A stretch of 63,147 nt of DNA, the filler included, from Phoronis australis (taxonomy: Eukaryota > Animalia > Phoronida), in assembly GCA_002633005.1 (NCBI GenBank). It is 5 parts of 5 records of this genome, joined end to end, with 100 filler letters (N's around TTAATTAATTAA, not from the genome) between each part and the next. Parts side by side here need not be neighbours in the genome. Positions count along the whole stretch, not along the records: positions 31,065 to 54,136 come from NMRA01000594.1; 4 more parts are not named here. The stretch is one strand, 5' to 3'. Below are positions 38,301-50,094 of this stretch, in pieces. The position numbers and the translations under genes were made by a program. Position 1 is the stretch's first letter; each line of letters begins with the position of its first letter. The notes under the pieces were generated by a model, which searched no databases, was not told the DNA's origin, and was given only the letters and a program-made list of their open reading frames with translations.

Positions 38301-41300
38301 TTTCTTTCCGGATAATGTTACTTTGAAAAACTCAGCTGTGACGACATCTTATCTGTACACAACTGGACTATGATCATCTTCGGTCATTTTAATATCACGC
38401 CAAAATTTCCGGTATTGGTTAGCATTTGCAGAGAAGCTGAAATGGGCATCGTCGACAGAGGTCACAGGCGCTTTGAACGACATGCTATTGAAAGTTGGTA
38501 TTTAGAAGTCTTTGGCATTAAGTTTGATTTTTTTGCCCCACAGCCTACGTTAGCATGAGAGGGGTATCAGTTAATGAACTTTGAAGTGCAGTGATGGTCT
38601 TTTACTTACGTGACATGAAACAACACATTTCTGGAGCAGGCATATAGGGATGGTCATATATTATGTCAGTGGGAAGACTTTGTCGTTGACTTTATCCTCA
38701 TTTTGAAGCTAAGCCGATGTACGCAGTATCACCGAAAGTCAAAGGGGGCATATTAGTAAGAAATGTTGAGAGCGACGTGTGGCCTTGAATGAAAGGGAAG
38801 ATTGTTGGTGTCTGAACATGCAGGGGTTGACATGACCGTCAAACATTGGACAGCCTCTATCTCATCAACGGATTACTTAAGGGTTTAAAAAGCTTGATAT
38901 TCATGGAAACCAAGGCTGGGACACGCAACTCTGTCGTTTATTTTTGATGATTTAGAGGCCTGGAACTGTAAATGGTTGGTGTGAGTCTTTCTGTTACCGA
39001 CAGCTACTTTTTGTTGAGCAACTGGCAAGTCGCAAGCAAAAGGCAGTTGGATACTCGTCGTCTTCTGGTTCTGTATGTTTGGAAAGAACGACTGATCACC
39101 CGTACAATGGTAAAGCTAATGTTGAAAATGGATTCGTTATCCAGGCCAATATTAAGAGGTAACGCCAACCAAGACCGATAAATTTATTTGCTACGTGAAA
39201 TCACGTGAAACGGCAGCATATGAAGAAAAGGGAGATAATGCCAAAACGAGTATCTGCGGTAACAAAAATCATTAACTGACGTTATGTGTGACATATCAAT
39301 CTATATAAAGAAGTAAGATTGCTTTCTTTGATGACTTATTACACTTACACGATCTGTTTGGTAGGCAAATGCCAGTTTTTTCAGGAGAAGATTGACAATG
39401 TCCAAGTTACCACCCAAGGCTGCATAATGCAAAGGAGTTGCTTTTGACTGCAATGGAAACGTAGGACATTGTAGGTAAATTATAAAGGATGAAGCGACAG
39501 TGGTAATTAGGTAGCAAATTAATGGCTTGAGTGTGATTTGATGCGCTCGGTAACATTTCATCAAGTCTACGTATCAAAATAATTTAAGAGAGACGCTAAA
39601 ACTTTACGTATTCAAACTAATTATTTTCTGAAAGTACAATCTACTCGAAGCTCTGTTTATAATATTTAGAAATGAAAGTAGGTACTGCAAAACGAGAGCA
39701 ACGATATTAATATCAAATTTCATAAAACTGCTCAAGGTGAGTTCCCAAAAACCGCTACCAAGTTTTTAAGGTATGTACAGTTTTCGTCTCATGGACATTT
39801 TGAGAGATTTAAAAAAATGTTAGAAGTCCTAGCGATATAACGTTATGCAAATGTATAGATTCTACATTTTACTTATCGAAAAAACACTCTTCATGCTATA
39901 CGCACATAATCCTTCACGTAAACACCTGATCCTTCTTTCAGCAGTAGTTTGACGATGTCTGGATTACCTCCCAAAGCTGCATAATGAAGGGGAGTCGCAC
40001 CAGCTGTCTGTAAAGCAAATATTTTTGTTTAAAGTCTTTGAAAATTAAACATCCCTCCAAAATACTTATTATATTAAAAACCTTCATTATCAAGATTAAC
40101 AAAATCTGGTTATTGTATTATGGGGTGATCTTCCTTTGTGATGTTATTTCAGTCTCGGTTCTTACGAACGTTCAGTTATTCATAAGTGGCGTAAAAGAAA
40201 GGTTACTTTAGATAGCTCCCCTACCTTGCAATATCCAAGACCGGCCAGTGATTGTAGTACAGGTAAAATGTTCATGTCTTTAACGCTTTCTAGGCGTTTA
40301 TAAGACGCTATCCAGTACATGTTGCTTTCAAAAGAAACCGGAAACGCAACTTTTGAAAACAGCGGTCCTCCGATTTCATAGCAGGCTGCTATAACGTTAT
40401 TTTCGACAAAGTTACAAAGGTGAGTGGTTCCGCTAATATCCTCGAGTCTAGAGCTACGTGTATACACCTGATTCGTGACTTCAGTAAAACTATTAAAATG
40501 AGTGTTGATACCAGAAAGGCAATTTAAGCTTAGTTTTGACAATGTTAAAATCTTAATGATGAATTCTTATTTAAATCATCGCGTTGGGATTTCAAAGCAC
40601 TACCACACGTGTCCTAAACCGAATTGTGACTTATTGAGTCAAAAACAATCACTTGAAAAGATTGTCGCTCCAAACTCCTGAATCTTGAAATCATACGTAC
40701 ATGTACACATCTCAAACAATTCTTGCATCACTTATCAAACCCAATTGCTTGAATTTAGTCATGATTGATGCAAACCAAAGACAGGAAGGTAATGTAAGTT
40801 AAATGAAACCTTAAAATTCTGTGTATAAAAACATATTAACGGTTACAGAAGAAGTAAAAACGGTAAATATCTGGAAACATTAACTTGACCCATGTTTTAC
40901 TCACATGTATATTTAAGAGGACCTGCAGTCCCCGGTCCCAACTACGGATGCAATAAAACTATCAAGTAAAAACACAGTCACCAAGTTGGCTTGAGGACTT
41001 TCATCCCCGTTTTTCTTAAGCAATTTAATCTTAGGTCCCAGTTTGTCACCATTCAGGCCCCAGCGTGTCACAATTCAGGCCCAAGTGTTGTCACTACTCA
41101 GGCCCAAGTGTGCCCCGATTCAGACCCCAGTGTGTCACCATTCAGACGCTAACGTGTCACCATTCAGGCGCCAGCGTGTCACCATCCAGGCACCAGTTTT
41201 TAACTACTTAGAGCCCAGTGTCTCACCATTCGGGCCCAGTGTGTCACCATTCAGACCCCTGTGTGTCACCATTCAGGCAACAGTATGTCACCATTCAAGT

Positions 41301-43426
41301 CACAGTGTAGCCTGACAACAAAACGGGTCTTCTGATTTTTTCAAATCTCAATGTTAGGGTTTCAAGAAGAGCAATATTTTATTAATAACTAAAGTTTAGC
41401 GTGGTGGTCGACACACAAACGTATTAGGTGGGGCAGCACACAATTTCCCTCTGATTCGGCAAAATGAGGGAAACTTTGACAAAGAATGATAAAATCGAGT
41501 CAGCAGTGCGTCCACTAAAAACGCACAAGCGTGAAAGACGGTTGCAAAAAGGGGACACAAGGAAACCGGCAGCGACCCGGTGATTACGCCTATAGTAGGG
41601 TATACAGCTGTAAAAACAACGTAATATGATTCCTTGAGCAGGCAAGCCCATATGTGTGCCTATGGTAAATGTTATCGGTAGAAAACACAGGCAAAATTAA
41701 TTTCCTTCGAATATATACTGTGCATATTATTAGGGATCGTTGCATCTTCATGTAACTTTGGTAATTTAGCGCTTACATGGGCTCGTACCGCTACATGTAG
41801 ATTTTCCGTCATAACTTTTTATTTAAAATCATGAATGAACACATTTTTAAACCAGTTTGATTATGTTGTACAGTGTAGCTTTCGTGTTTTAGAGGCTTTA
41901 ATTATATTCATAATTGTAATTATAATGGAATGTGTTCGTGGATTTTTTAATTTTTGACTTCTACACAAAACGCTGTAGCTAAAAAAGTAGTTAAAAAAAC
42001 ACTGGATTGCGAATGGAATTTTGAATGATTGTATTCGTTATAATGACATTTGTTAAACAGATTCAGATATTTATAAATTGTTGATAAATAACACCGCCTC
42101 ATTGAACTGTTATCAATTAACTAAATACAACCTCTTCCTTTCAAAAGTACAATACCCCAAAGTATAAAAAACTCTCAGAAAAATTTTGCACTTAACATGC
42201 ATTAAAACATTAAATGCTCGACAAAATGTTAGCTTCAGTGATCAAGTGCTCTTTAATAACTATATTGTTTGGAGTACGAGTCGCACACGAAATGAAGATT
42301 ACATGTATCTTTTACAGACAACATCATTGGCATAATGCACTGCATATGTTCTGGCTCTGCATTTTTGTATCTGCCAACTTCTATCTCCAAGGATGTGTGT
42401 CAAATCTGAGACATCTCCTTACTTTATGAAAACAACAGTACATATGGTATTCAGTTTTTTAATTAAGTTTAAATAACATGCAAGTTCTCAGTTTTAATTT
42501 TGGCTTAATACTTTCCTCTGATCTTCTAGAAACTATCGAGCACAATTGACGTCATACAATGTGTATAACAAAACAGCTAATTACCAAACACATCATGAAT
42601 AACGCGTTACGAGTTTGCAGTTCACAAGTCAAAAATAAGATCGCGACTGCAGTTAAATCAAGTGTTGCAAGTATATCAACTATACAACCGTACTTCACAA
42701 ACTACGACAATAGACTCACTCAAACCACGAGAGCACGGGCATTTACTTATCAATGACTAGCCAACAAATCGCTTAAATGAGACTCCAGAATATGAATAGT
42801 GACTCGCGCTATTCCACGACATTTTGTCACGTCACAAATACGTATATAAAAGCTTACTATTTAAAATGACTAATTCTTATTAAAATATGTTGCAGTTCTG
42901 TTGATTAATTTTTACCACCTTCACATTGGCGACTGCATTCACGTTTTTCAGGCAAAACACGCCTGGATGTTCACGAGGTGAGACTTACTATCAAAGTACA
43001 CCTTGCCGGCAACAATTTTAATGATCGATCTCAGGAGAAAAGGGTGCCTGCCTACCGAAGGCATTGACACTGCCAATAAAATTAAAAAAATCAAAGACTA
43101 GGGTTAGTCGCCGTAATTTCTCTATTTTTGTCAAGGCATGAAAGAACCGTGTTTCGCTTGCCTGGTTACATGTATAAAATATAACTTCCGGTAAGTATAA
43201 TCACGGAAGATTTCTGCATTTACAAAGAAGTCCATTTTCAAAGTGATATCAAGGTTACAGGCACGTGAACTCTTTTTAAAATGGTACAATAAAACAAGAC
43301 GCGACATTTAAAAAGAGATGTACTTACGTCATCCTCTTCGTGAACACTTGCATTGCCCTTCAAGGATAAACTGACCTTGTTGAAGTCTCCAATAAAAGCC
43401 GCGTAATGCAAAGGATTGCGACTCAA
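31566..43426 (-). CDS. Ankyrin-repeat protein, partial; 9 single-repeat phase-0 exons
   Basis: Exons 43426-43328, 40007-39906, 39447-39349, 37605-37507, 36265-36164, 35516-35418, 35008-34919, 32000-31899, 31664-31566 (99/102/99/99/102/99/90/102/99 nt). All are AG/GT bounded; consensus (T)PLHYAALGGN-x-DIV-x-LLL. Confidence 0.85.
31899..32000 (-). CDS. Degenerate ankyrin-like exon
   Basis: LLVSRSSTWKDNFGVFVLLLEKTTNNNDTDLLDE; ttttcag|...|gtaact; 102 nt, phase 0. Confidence 0.6.
33439..33526. repeat. Tandem repeat, 22-bp unit x4
   Basis: CAAACGTATAGTGACATTTTAC repeated contiguously, one variant copy, no spacers. Confidence 0.95.
34919..35008 (-). CDS. Ankyrin repeat exon (shortened, 30 aa)
   Basis: SKATALHYAALGDNLQSLNVLSIPPWYCDA; ttgtag|...|gtaagt. 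Confidence 0.75.
35418..35516 (-). CDS. Ankyrin repeat exon
   Basis: FGRTPLHYAALGGDRDVVELLLRQNAFVEERDR; ttctag|...|gtaagt. Confidence 0.9.
36164..36265 (-). CDS. Ankyrin repeat exon
   Basis: PSGAAPLHYAALGGNWNIVNLLLMKNVDVDKMDY; ttatag|...|gtaagc. Confidence 0.9.
37507..37605 (-). CDS. Ankyrin repeat exon
   Basis: LERTPHYFAALDGNEDIFRLLLEERPFSQDKVD; attcag|...|gtaagt. Confidence 0.85.
37638..37770. repeat. (TATG)n microsatellite
   Basis: Imperfect tetranucleotide run. Confidence 0.95.
37775..38070 (-). mobile_element. Penelope-like terminal fragment, decayed, abutting (CATA)n
   Basis: VMSLGVFLHSCIPGNRRLFRDCEQVCIKL...VFIEVCVN*GLL aligns by eye with the 31075 peptide; the DNA is similar to 46355-46625. 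Confidence 0.5.
39349..39447 (-). CDS. Ankyrin repeat exon
   Basis: SKATPLHYAALGGNLDIVNLLLKKLAFAYQTDR; ttgcag|...|gtaagt. Confidence 0.9.
39906..40007 (-). CDS. Ankyrin repeat exon
   Basis: TAGATPLHYAALGGNPDIVKLLLKEGSGVYVKDY; ttacag|...|gtgcgt. Confidence 0.9.
41033..41308. repeat. Minisatellite, about 22-bp unit x about 13
   Basis: Diverged contiguous copies of AGGCCCCAGTGTGTCACCATTC. Confidence 0.92.
43328..43426 (-). CDS. Ankyrin repeat exon (most 5' visible)
   Basis: LSRNPLHYAAFIGDFNKVSLSLKGNASVHEEDD; gtttcag|...|gtaagt. Confidence 0.88.
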
Positions 43427-46354
43427 CTGAAACGAAATAGAGTCTACATGCTCACGGAACACGGGTTCGAAGTAACGTGGTCACTGTCAACTTGCCAAGC
43501 TTAACCGTATTGTTTGTTAAGTATGAAATCCTTTGAAGCAATGATTAATTGGGAGTCCAAACCACAATAATAGAAAGGCTAACTGTTAGTAGAGTAGCTG
43601 GGTGCTTACAGTACTTGTAGCTGTACCTACATAACTGGGATGTGAGGATGGAAATGTTGAGACTGGACTCCATGAAAGCCTCACCGAACTCGATTTGGTA
43701 TGAATGTCTGTGACTTTGAGACCGCTGTTAGTGCACTTTCACAAGCGGTGCCAATTGTAAATCTACACTGTCCTTGGGTAACGTTCTTGGTTGGTTTGTT
43801 TACCATAGGTGATTTTAATAACCCAGGTTAAACCATCCATTCAAGTGATCATTGGCGATTGAGGATGGTACAGACGACAACAAACTTCCAGGTTTGATTT
43901 TTTTACACATTGAATGGATTAATTTTGTTTTATTCCGTCATCACCCAAATGCTGGTTTCTTTAACCAATGTTCAATCACGTGTCGCCATAAAAATATTAC
44001 CTCTGGAATAATGACACTCCGATCTTCTGTACTGTTCATCGGACCTGATTTTGTGTCGTCTGGAACATTCATCACTGCCCCTTATTTCTCTTGTGGTATC
44101 CCTGGAATTGAACTCATGCACATGGCATTTCAAGCTTTGCAGTAAGGCACACAAAAATCTGACCTGACGCCACAGAGTCAACAGTCCCCTACACTGCTAG
44201 CCATTTCGAATGTCGTCGCCAGCAACTTTTTGTCCCACGGAAGCTGCTTACCCACTGAACCATAACTCTTTAAAGGAACATTATCAATTTTACTGCAGGG
44301 CCTTTTTGATGGTTGTTGGGTCGGAGAGGCTTCTAAAACTTTTAACTTTAAGTAATTCAGCATAATTGCACAGACTGAACAGAGGAGGATGCAGGTTTGA
44401 ATCAGCGTCGAAACTGTTCTAACAAATCACATTTCTCACCGATAGTGTTTATCTATCTAAAGATTGCAACGTCTACCAACTTCTTATAACAGATTGACCA
44501 ACACGAATATTGGCGTTCACTGCAACAGCAAAGTTTAATTCCACTGGAATTTAATTAATTTTCAACTCTTCAGTTTAAAAACAAACCGACCAGACGTTTA
44601 GAAGCCACACAGTTCAACCCACTGCACAGGGTAAACCTTTTGGTTTTTTTCAATTTCTTTTTTGATTGTAATTCCCCCACACATTGATTACAGCATCTCA
44701 AATATTTCCCATGTTTGTAGCCAAGTCACAGTTGTATAAATCAGTCCTGTAGTTGTTAAATTTGTGCAAGACCTGAAGTCGTACACCACAACAACAATAA
44801 CAACAACAACAATAACAACAGCAACAATGATGATATCAACTATAATAATGACAATGAATAGTAGTAAAACCAATAGGAATAATAATTTGTAAAAAACTAT
44901 TCAATGTTTCTCCTGGTGTTTTTATACGTAATTATTTTAAAAGAAATGTTCCAAAACCAATAAGGATTGACGCAGAGAGACATGGCTAGCCAGCAAGGTC
45001 AAACTGCAACATTCAAGTAATAACATGAACGACCTCTTTAGAATATCTATTTAACTAATGATAAACATGACTGCTGTTGCTGCTAAGCCAGCCTTATGTG
45101 AGAATAGGTGTACGTCGTAAAAGTATAAAGACAACAGAAAATAAACATGAATGCCGTTAACATTTAGCCAGCGTCATGTGAGTCGAACAAGTCTACAAGT
45201 AGATAGAAGTAGCCACCAACGCTACTTCCAGTCAGCCAGGGTCTCGTCTAACCGGTTTCATGCTAACCGAGCCACGCCCACACCACAAACATATCGCAAT
45301 ATCGTTCAATCTTGCGAAGCTGTCCGGGGGTTTGCCCCAACGTACATACTCCTGCTCATCGCTAAAATATCGATACACCCAACTCTTGCTCTTTTTTTCA
45401 AAATAAATTGTCCGAAAGCTTGCTTCGTCACGTTCTATGCTTTATTGTTCGGGCCATTTGAAAACATAGCTGTAAATGAATTGACAGTTGACAGATACTG
45501 ATTTAAGAAAAAAAATGTCACATCGCTGTCTTACGTCGACATGTAGTTATTGCGTGACGTTGCTCACAAAACAAAACTTGAACCGTTACTGAATTGTAAT
45601 TCCAAACTTTCTAATTTAATTCGTTTGGTTGCAAATATTTAGGAAGAATGTCAATAATTTGTGGCCGTGATAACAAAATTTTCGGTTATTTTGAATGGAG
45701 TTAATTATCTACAATAGTGAAAGAAAATGCAAGGGATTTCGCAGCAATCAATCATGTTTATCTCTAAACGTCTGCATTGTAACTGACAGTGCGCATACTT
45801 TAATGGTATTCTTAATTAGTGCGCGTTGCTAGCAACGCATCATTTACCTCGTATATCGCTGTGAATCCACAAGACAGTAAGTTGTCTTCTTCAAAGTGCA
45901 TATGTACAATGTATGACACAGACGTCTGTTCACCGTCGTATACTGTATATACTCTCGCTTCAGGAAACGATATACAGTGAACAGCCTTCCTGATTACAGT
46001 CAACTATTTGTTTTAGATTCGAGGTAGATTACAAGCAAGTATTTTCTAGGGTAAACACGGTAAACAAAAATACATGATTGACCCACCTGCTACCCATAAA
46101 GGCGCATTGTATTCTAACCTAGAATTCGACGAAATACAAAAGCCAAAAGGAAACTATGTATGTTTTCATTTGTCGGTCAAACGTTTTCAGCCATTGATAT
46201 TAAACGGTGAAGTTTAAAAACAGGTTAATCAATGAACAATTTCCGAGAATGTTCTTTCAGACAAGTTATGTTTGAACAAAGCACAATATAGTTCAATGGT
46301 GTGAAAAAGGTTAAACGATTGGCTTGTAAATCAAATACTATTTATTTACAATAC

Positions 46355-46625
46355 TAGAATTTCGTTAAAGACACAACTAAACTTTTTATTAGCGAATTTG
46401 ATACTGGTACGTTGGTAATTTCGGAACAGTCTCCTTTCTTCTGGTGCGCTGGTATGAAGAAAAAACCCGAGAGACATAACAAACAAACACATAAAAACAG
46501 TAGCTCTATTTTGTGACTTCGTGTCACATCATCAGGTAATAAGTGGAATGAACATATAGAGAGCGAAATAAACAGTGAAATACACGTGACAGCGCGAAGA
46601 GGGGCATACAAGCAGAGAGAACTAA
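46355..46625 (-). mobile_element. Penelope-like terminal fragment with decayed hammerhead core
   Basis: Diverged direct copy of 37790-38070; minus-strand CTGATGA-TGTGAC-acgaa-GTCAC-AAAA at 46509-46535. Confidence 0.5.
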
Positions 46626-48072
46626 TGCAACACACAGTAGTAAGCCCGCAACTTTATCAAAACAGCCGTTGTAAAGCGAAGCTTTTGCAGAGCGTACTAA
46701 TTCACTGGATTTTTAAATTCAATAAGTCAATTTTTGCGAATGCAAAACAATATTTTTTTCGGATGCCTCTCTCTGGCAAGGGATAACGGAGGCAAATTTC
46801 GCTTTATTTTTTTCTCGGAACAGTATACACGTGTTACATGAGAACATTGATGACCTGACAGATAACATCAACTGCTGCGCGTTTCCTGATATTTGAAAAT
46901 ATAGATATTTTAATATTTAGGACCTGCCCTTGAAGGAGGCCATTGATGATATTAAAGTGGCCACCTTCATTGTGTTTTTATTGACAAATTCTTTACGTAT
47001 CTACGACAATCTATAGATTCGTGAAAGTTTTTGACAATTAGAAGGTAAACTTGTAACTAAATAATTGATGATGTTTTAGTGAATTTAATTGCTGCCTGAA
47101 GTTGGAAAACTCTATAATCCGATCTCCAAATAGCGAAGTACACCTATAGACGATTTTTGCTGACTATCTTTAATAACTCTCAGACATTGATGAAGTTCGG
47201 ACTCATAAACCGTAGAGAGAAAAAACGTTTTAAAAATCTTTAAATAAATAAATCTAAACTCATTGCTTTGAAAGGTTGTCTTTAAATGGCACTTCCTTGG
47301 TGTTTTCAGTTTCCAGTAGTATTGAGCAATGATTTTTTTCTTCAAAACTGAATTGATTGCTTTCCCTGATTTACCTGCGCGTCTTGACTGAGGTACCCAC
47401 GTTAAAAATAAGATGCACCCTTGCAGTTGGACTGCGCAGAATCTCAGTGATCCACGATAACTGAATTTGAAGTCCTGCCGTTCAGGAAGTGTGTACATTT
47501 TCGAGACACACTATCCTTTTCCCCACCCCCCAGAAACTGGACTACGTGTCGTGTTTCAGCCCTAAAGGCACTAGAACAGGGACTTTGGGGCCTCATCTTT
47601 TCAAAGAACTCCTTCAAAGAATGACCATAATAAAATATTTTTTTCCCGAAACTGAATAACAACAAAACGATTCTTGACCTTAGAGAGAGCGCAGACGGCC
47701 GGTACGAGCTGGCTGTCTCAAGTAAATTTCAGCTGAGCTGACCAGCAACTAGCTTTAGTTCATTGGGAATTTCGTATTTTTACACTATTAGATCTCAGCT
47801 ATAACTTCTCTAGGCAGCTCCTGGCTACCGGTCCGTTGCTATTCTTACTCTCCGTTTCGGTTCACGGTAACTCAACACTTAATGGCTTCAACCACGGGAT
47901 TGTTTCAGGGGGGATTAAGGATTTTGAGTTGGGGGTGCAGGGCAAAGTATTAGCCAGGATTTCACCCACCAGAGATTCGCACCCCCAAACTGCAAAATGG
48001 AATCTGGGAGAAATTTAGGGGAGAATCCGCCACTTTGTCCCCCATCTAGGGCGGACGTGAAAGATTCGGTAN

Positions 48073-48870
48073 GCACTTTATCTACTGTCACCCGTTCCTC
48101 CCAACGTACCTCCAGCGCGCGCAACTCCTGAACTAGCAGTGATTCGCCTTGTGCTGTTGTCTCTAGCCCAGATCCTGTAAGCAGCCCTGCAGCGATGTTA
48201 AGCAGTGGGAGTGAATACAGGCCCAGTTCGTAGACACCCGGTGAAGAAGACAGTTCGTCGTCCAGTGAACAGATCGGTGAGCTAAACTTTGATAATTTTA
48301 TTGTGGATTTGTCTATAGTATTGAAGCTATTTAGAAAGTGCCAGGTGTGTGGCAACGGAGTCACGCGGCGGGATATAAGCCGCTTGGGTGCCTGTGCTTA
48401 CACATGGTCTCATCATACTCGGGCTCAAACATGTACCCACTCACCGACTGTCCGTGAAAAAATTCGTCACCACTGTTATGAACAATACATGCGTCGCTCA
48501 CGTCACTACTGTCACTGTGATGATATGGGTGCCGATTCCAGCCATTTTCAGGTTACCACGAACTAAATAATCCCTAAATCCAACAAAACTGAGAACTTTG
48601 ACAACTTAGCTGGTCGTAAAACACTCGTCGATGGGAAGTGATGACGACCATTTTAGAAAAACAGCACGAAAACAAGAGTAGGACAGATTCTCAAAGTAAA
48701 CTCAACGCAGAACCAAATTGGGGCAAAATTCTTGCCTCCCAAAACGTCACTTACCGAATTAAGGACGAGTAGTTAATTAAATAACAAAACGCTGTGATTA
48801 AGTGAAAAATATGTCTTGGATATTCAACAAACCTTATTTTTGGTAAAAATGTCAAGAAAAAAGCTTGCCG
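48073..48870 (+). mobile_element. Internally deleted Kolobok-like element (transposase relic, convergent second-gene relic, right end)
   Basis: 48075-48390 matches 30640-30940. The minus strand of 48390-48545 reads HSDSSDVSDAC...GQSVSGYMFEPEYDE. 48725-48870 is an inverted copy of the family terminus. Confidence 0.68.
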
Positions 48871-49953
48871 CACTCTGAAATTTAAGTTTATATTGAACGG
48901 TAATACCTGTAAAATTTTTTCCTACAGTATGTAAGAGCATCACTCTGAACCCACTAGTGACACAAATTGCCAAACACATAAGTAACGAACTGTTCGGCGT
49001 ATTGGCTTGCTGTTGTCTACGCCAACGCGAGAATCACCTTTTTAACTCAAACAGCATAACCCTATTCAATATAAATGATTTCGGCCTTTTAGCGCAATAT
49101 GGTACGAAAAGGCAACTTCACCTATCGACGAACTTACATTTGAGTGATTGAACTAGCGTTCTCGTAATTTTCCAAGGCTTCACTATGACTATCTGGTTAG
49201 CCCAGCATATCTAAAATTAATAAATTCCGTTGAAGTAAATCTCTAAAGCGGATATGAACCCGAGTTCCGTGCTGAAATAAAGCTTTGATTTAGTCCACTT
49301 ACCGGCATGAAGTTGGCTTCAACTTGTCACTTACTTAGATATGCATAGTGTTTAGTTTGAAAGGAAGACCGTTATTTGTTGTTGGCATGCTTGACGCATC
49401 AATTGAGACGCCGTGACAAGCCAACTTGTAAAGCGTACATCCCATGTGGGTAACACACTTTCATATTTTAAGAATTCCTGAACTCGGATTCAATTTGTCT
49501 ATGAAAAGTTGAAACCAATTGCACACAAACGATAAACGATATCAATGGAAGGTTATTTTTGTGATGAAAGGCGTGTTTATTAACCTTTTACAAAAATTAC
49601 AGTCACAGGAGCTGACCACTAATTGCACTAGAAAGTTTAGCTGGCCGTATTTTAGAGAACTAATTTCGAGTTTCTTATTATATGGTTTGTACACGGGCAT
49701 ACCTTAGCATGCTCGAAAAGGAATTTAAAATGACCTAGTGAAACATTTATGGTAGTGGAGGATTATATATAGCGGTGAAAAGGGGGACCAATTAAATAAA
49801 ATTTCGAATGGCTGGTCTAGGCGCAATGTTACTGCCCATGGAAGAGTTACAATTGTCAAGACGATTTTTTAGCAAAGCTTACCCATGTGTTTGTCACTCC
49901 TATCTGTTTCCATAGGGTTTACATGTATACTAATTTGGGGAAAACCTGGCGTG

Positions 49954-50094
49954 CGTTCAGTAGACGCTAGGACCTACGCGAGGACCTAGCTAAAACCTAG
50001 TCAATCTCCCTTGTTCTCATTTAAAATGCACGGCAATATCTCACGTAATCTCGCAAAGCCCTGCTTTTTAGCGAGGTCCTAGCGTTACTGAACG
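49954..50094. repeat. Small MITE-like inverted repeat
   Basis: CGTTCAGTAGACGCTAGGACCT ... AGGTCCTAGCGTTACTGAACG. Confidence 0.6.
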
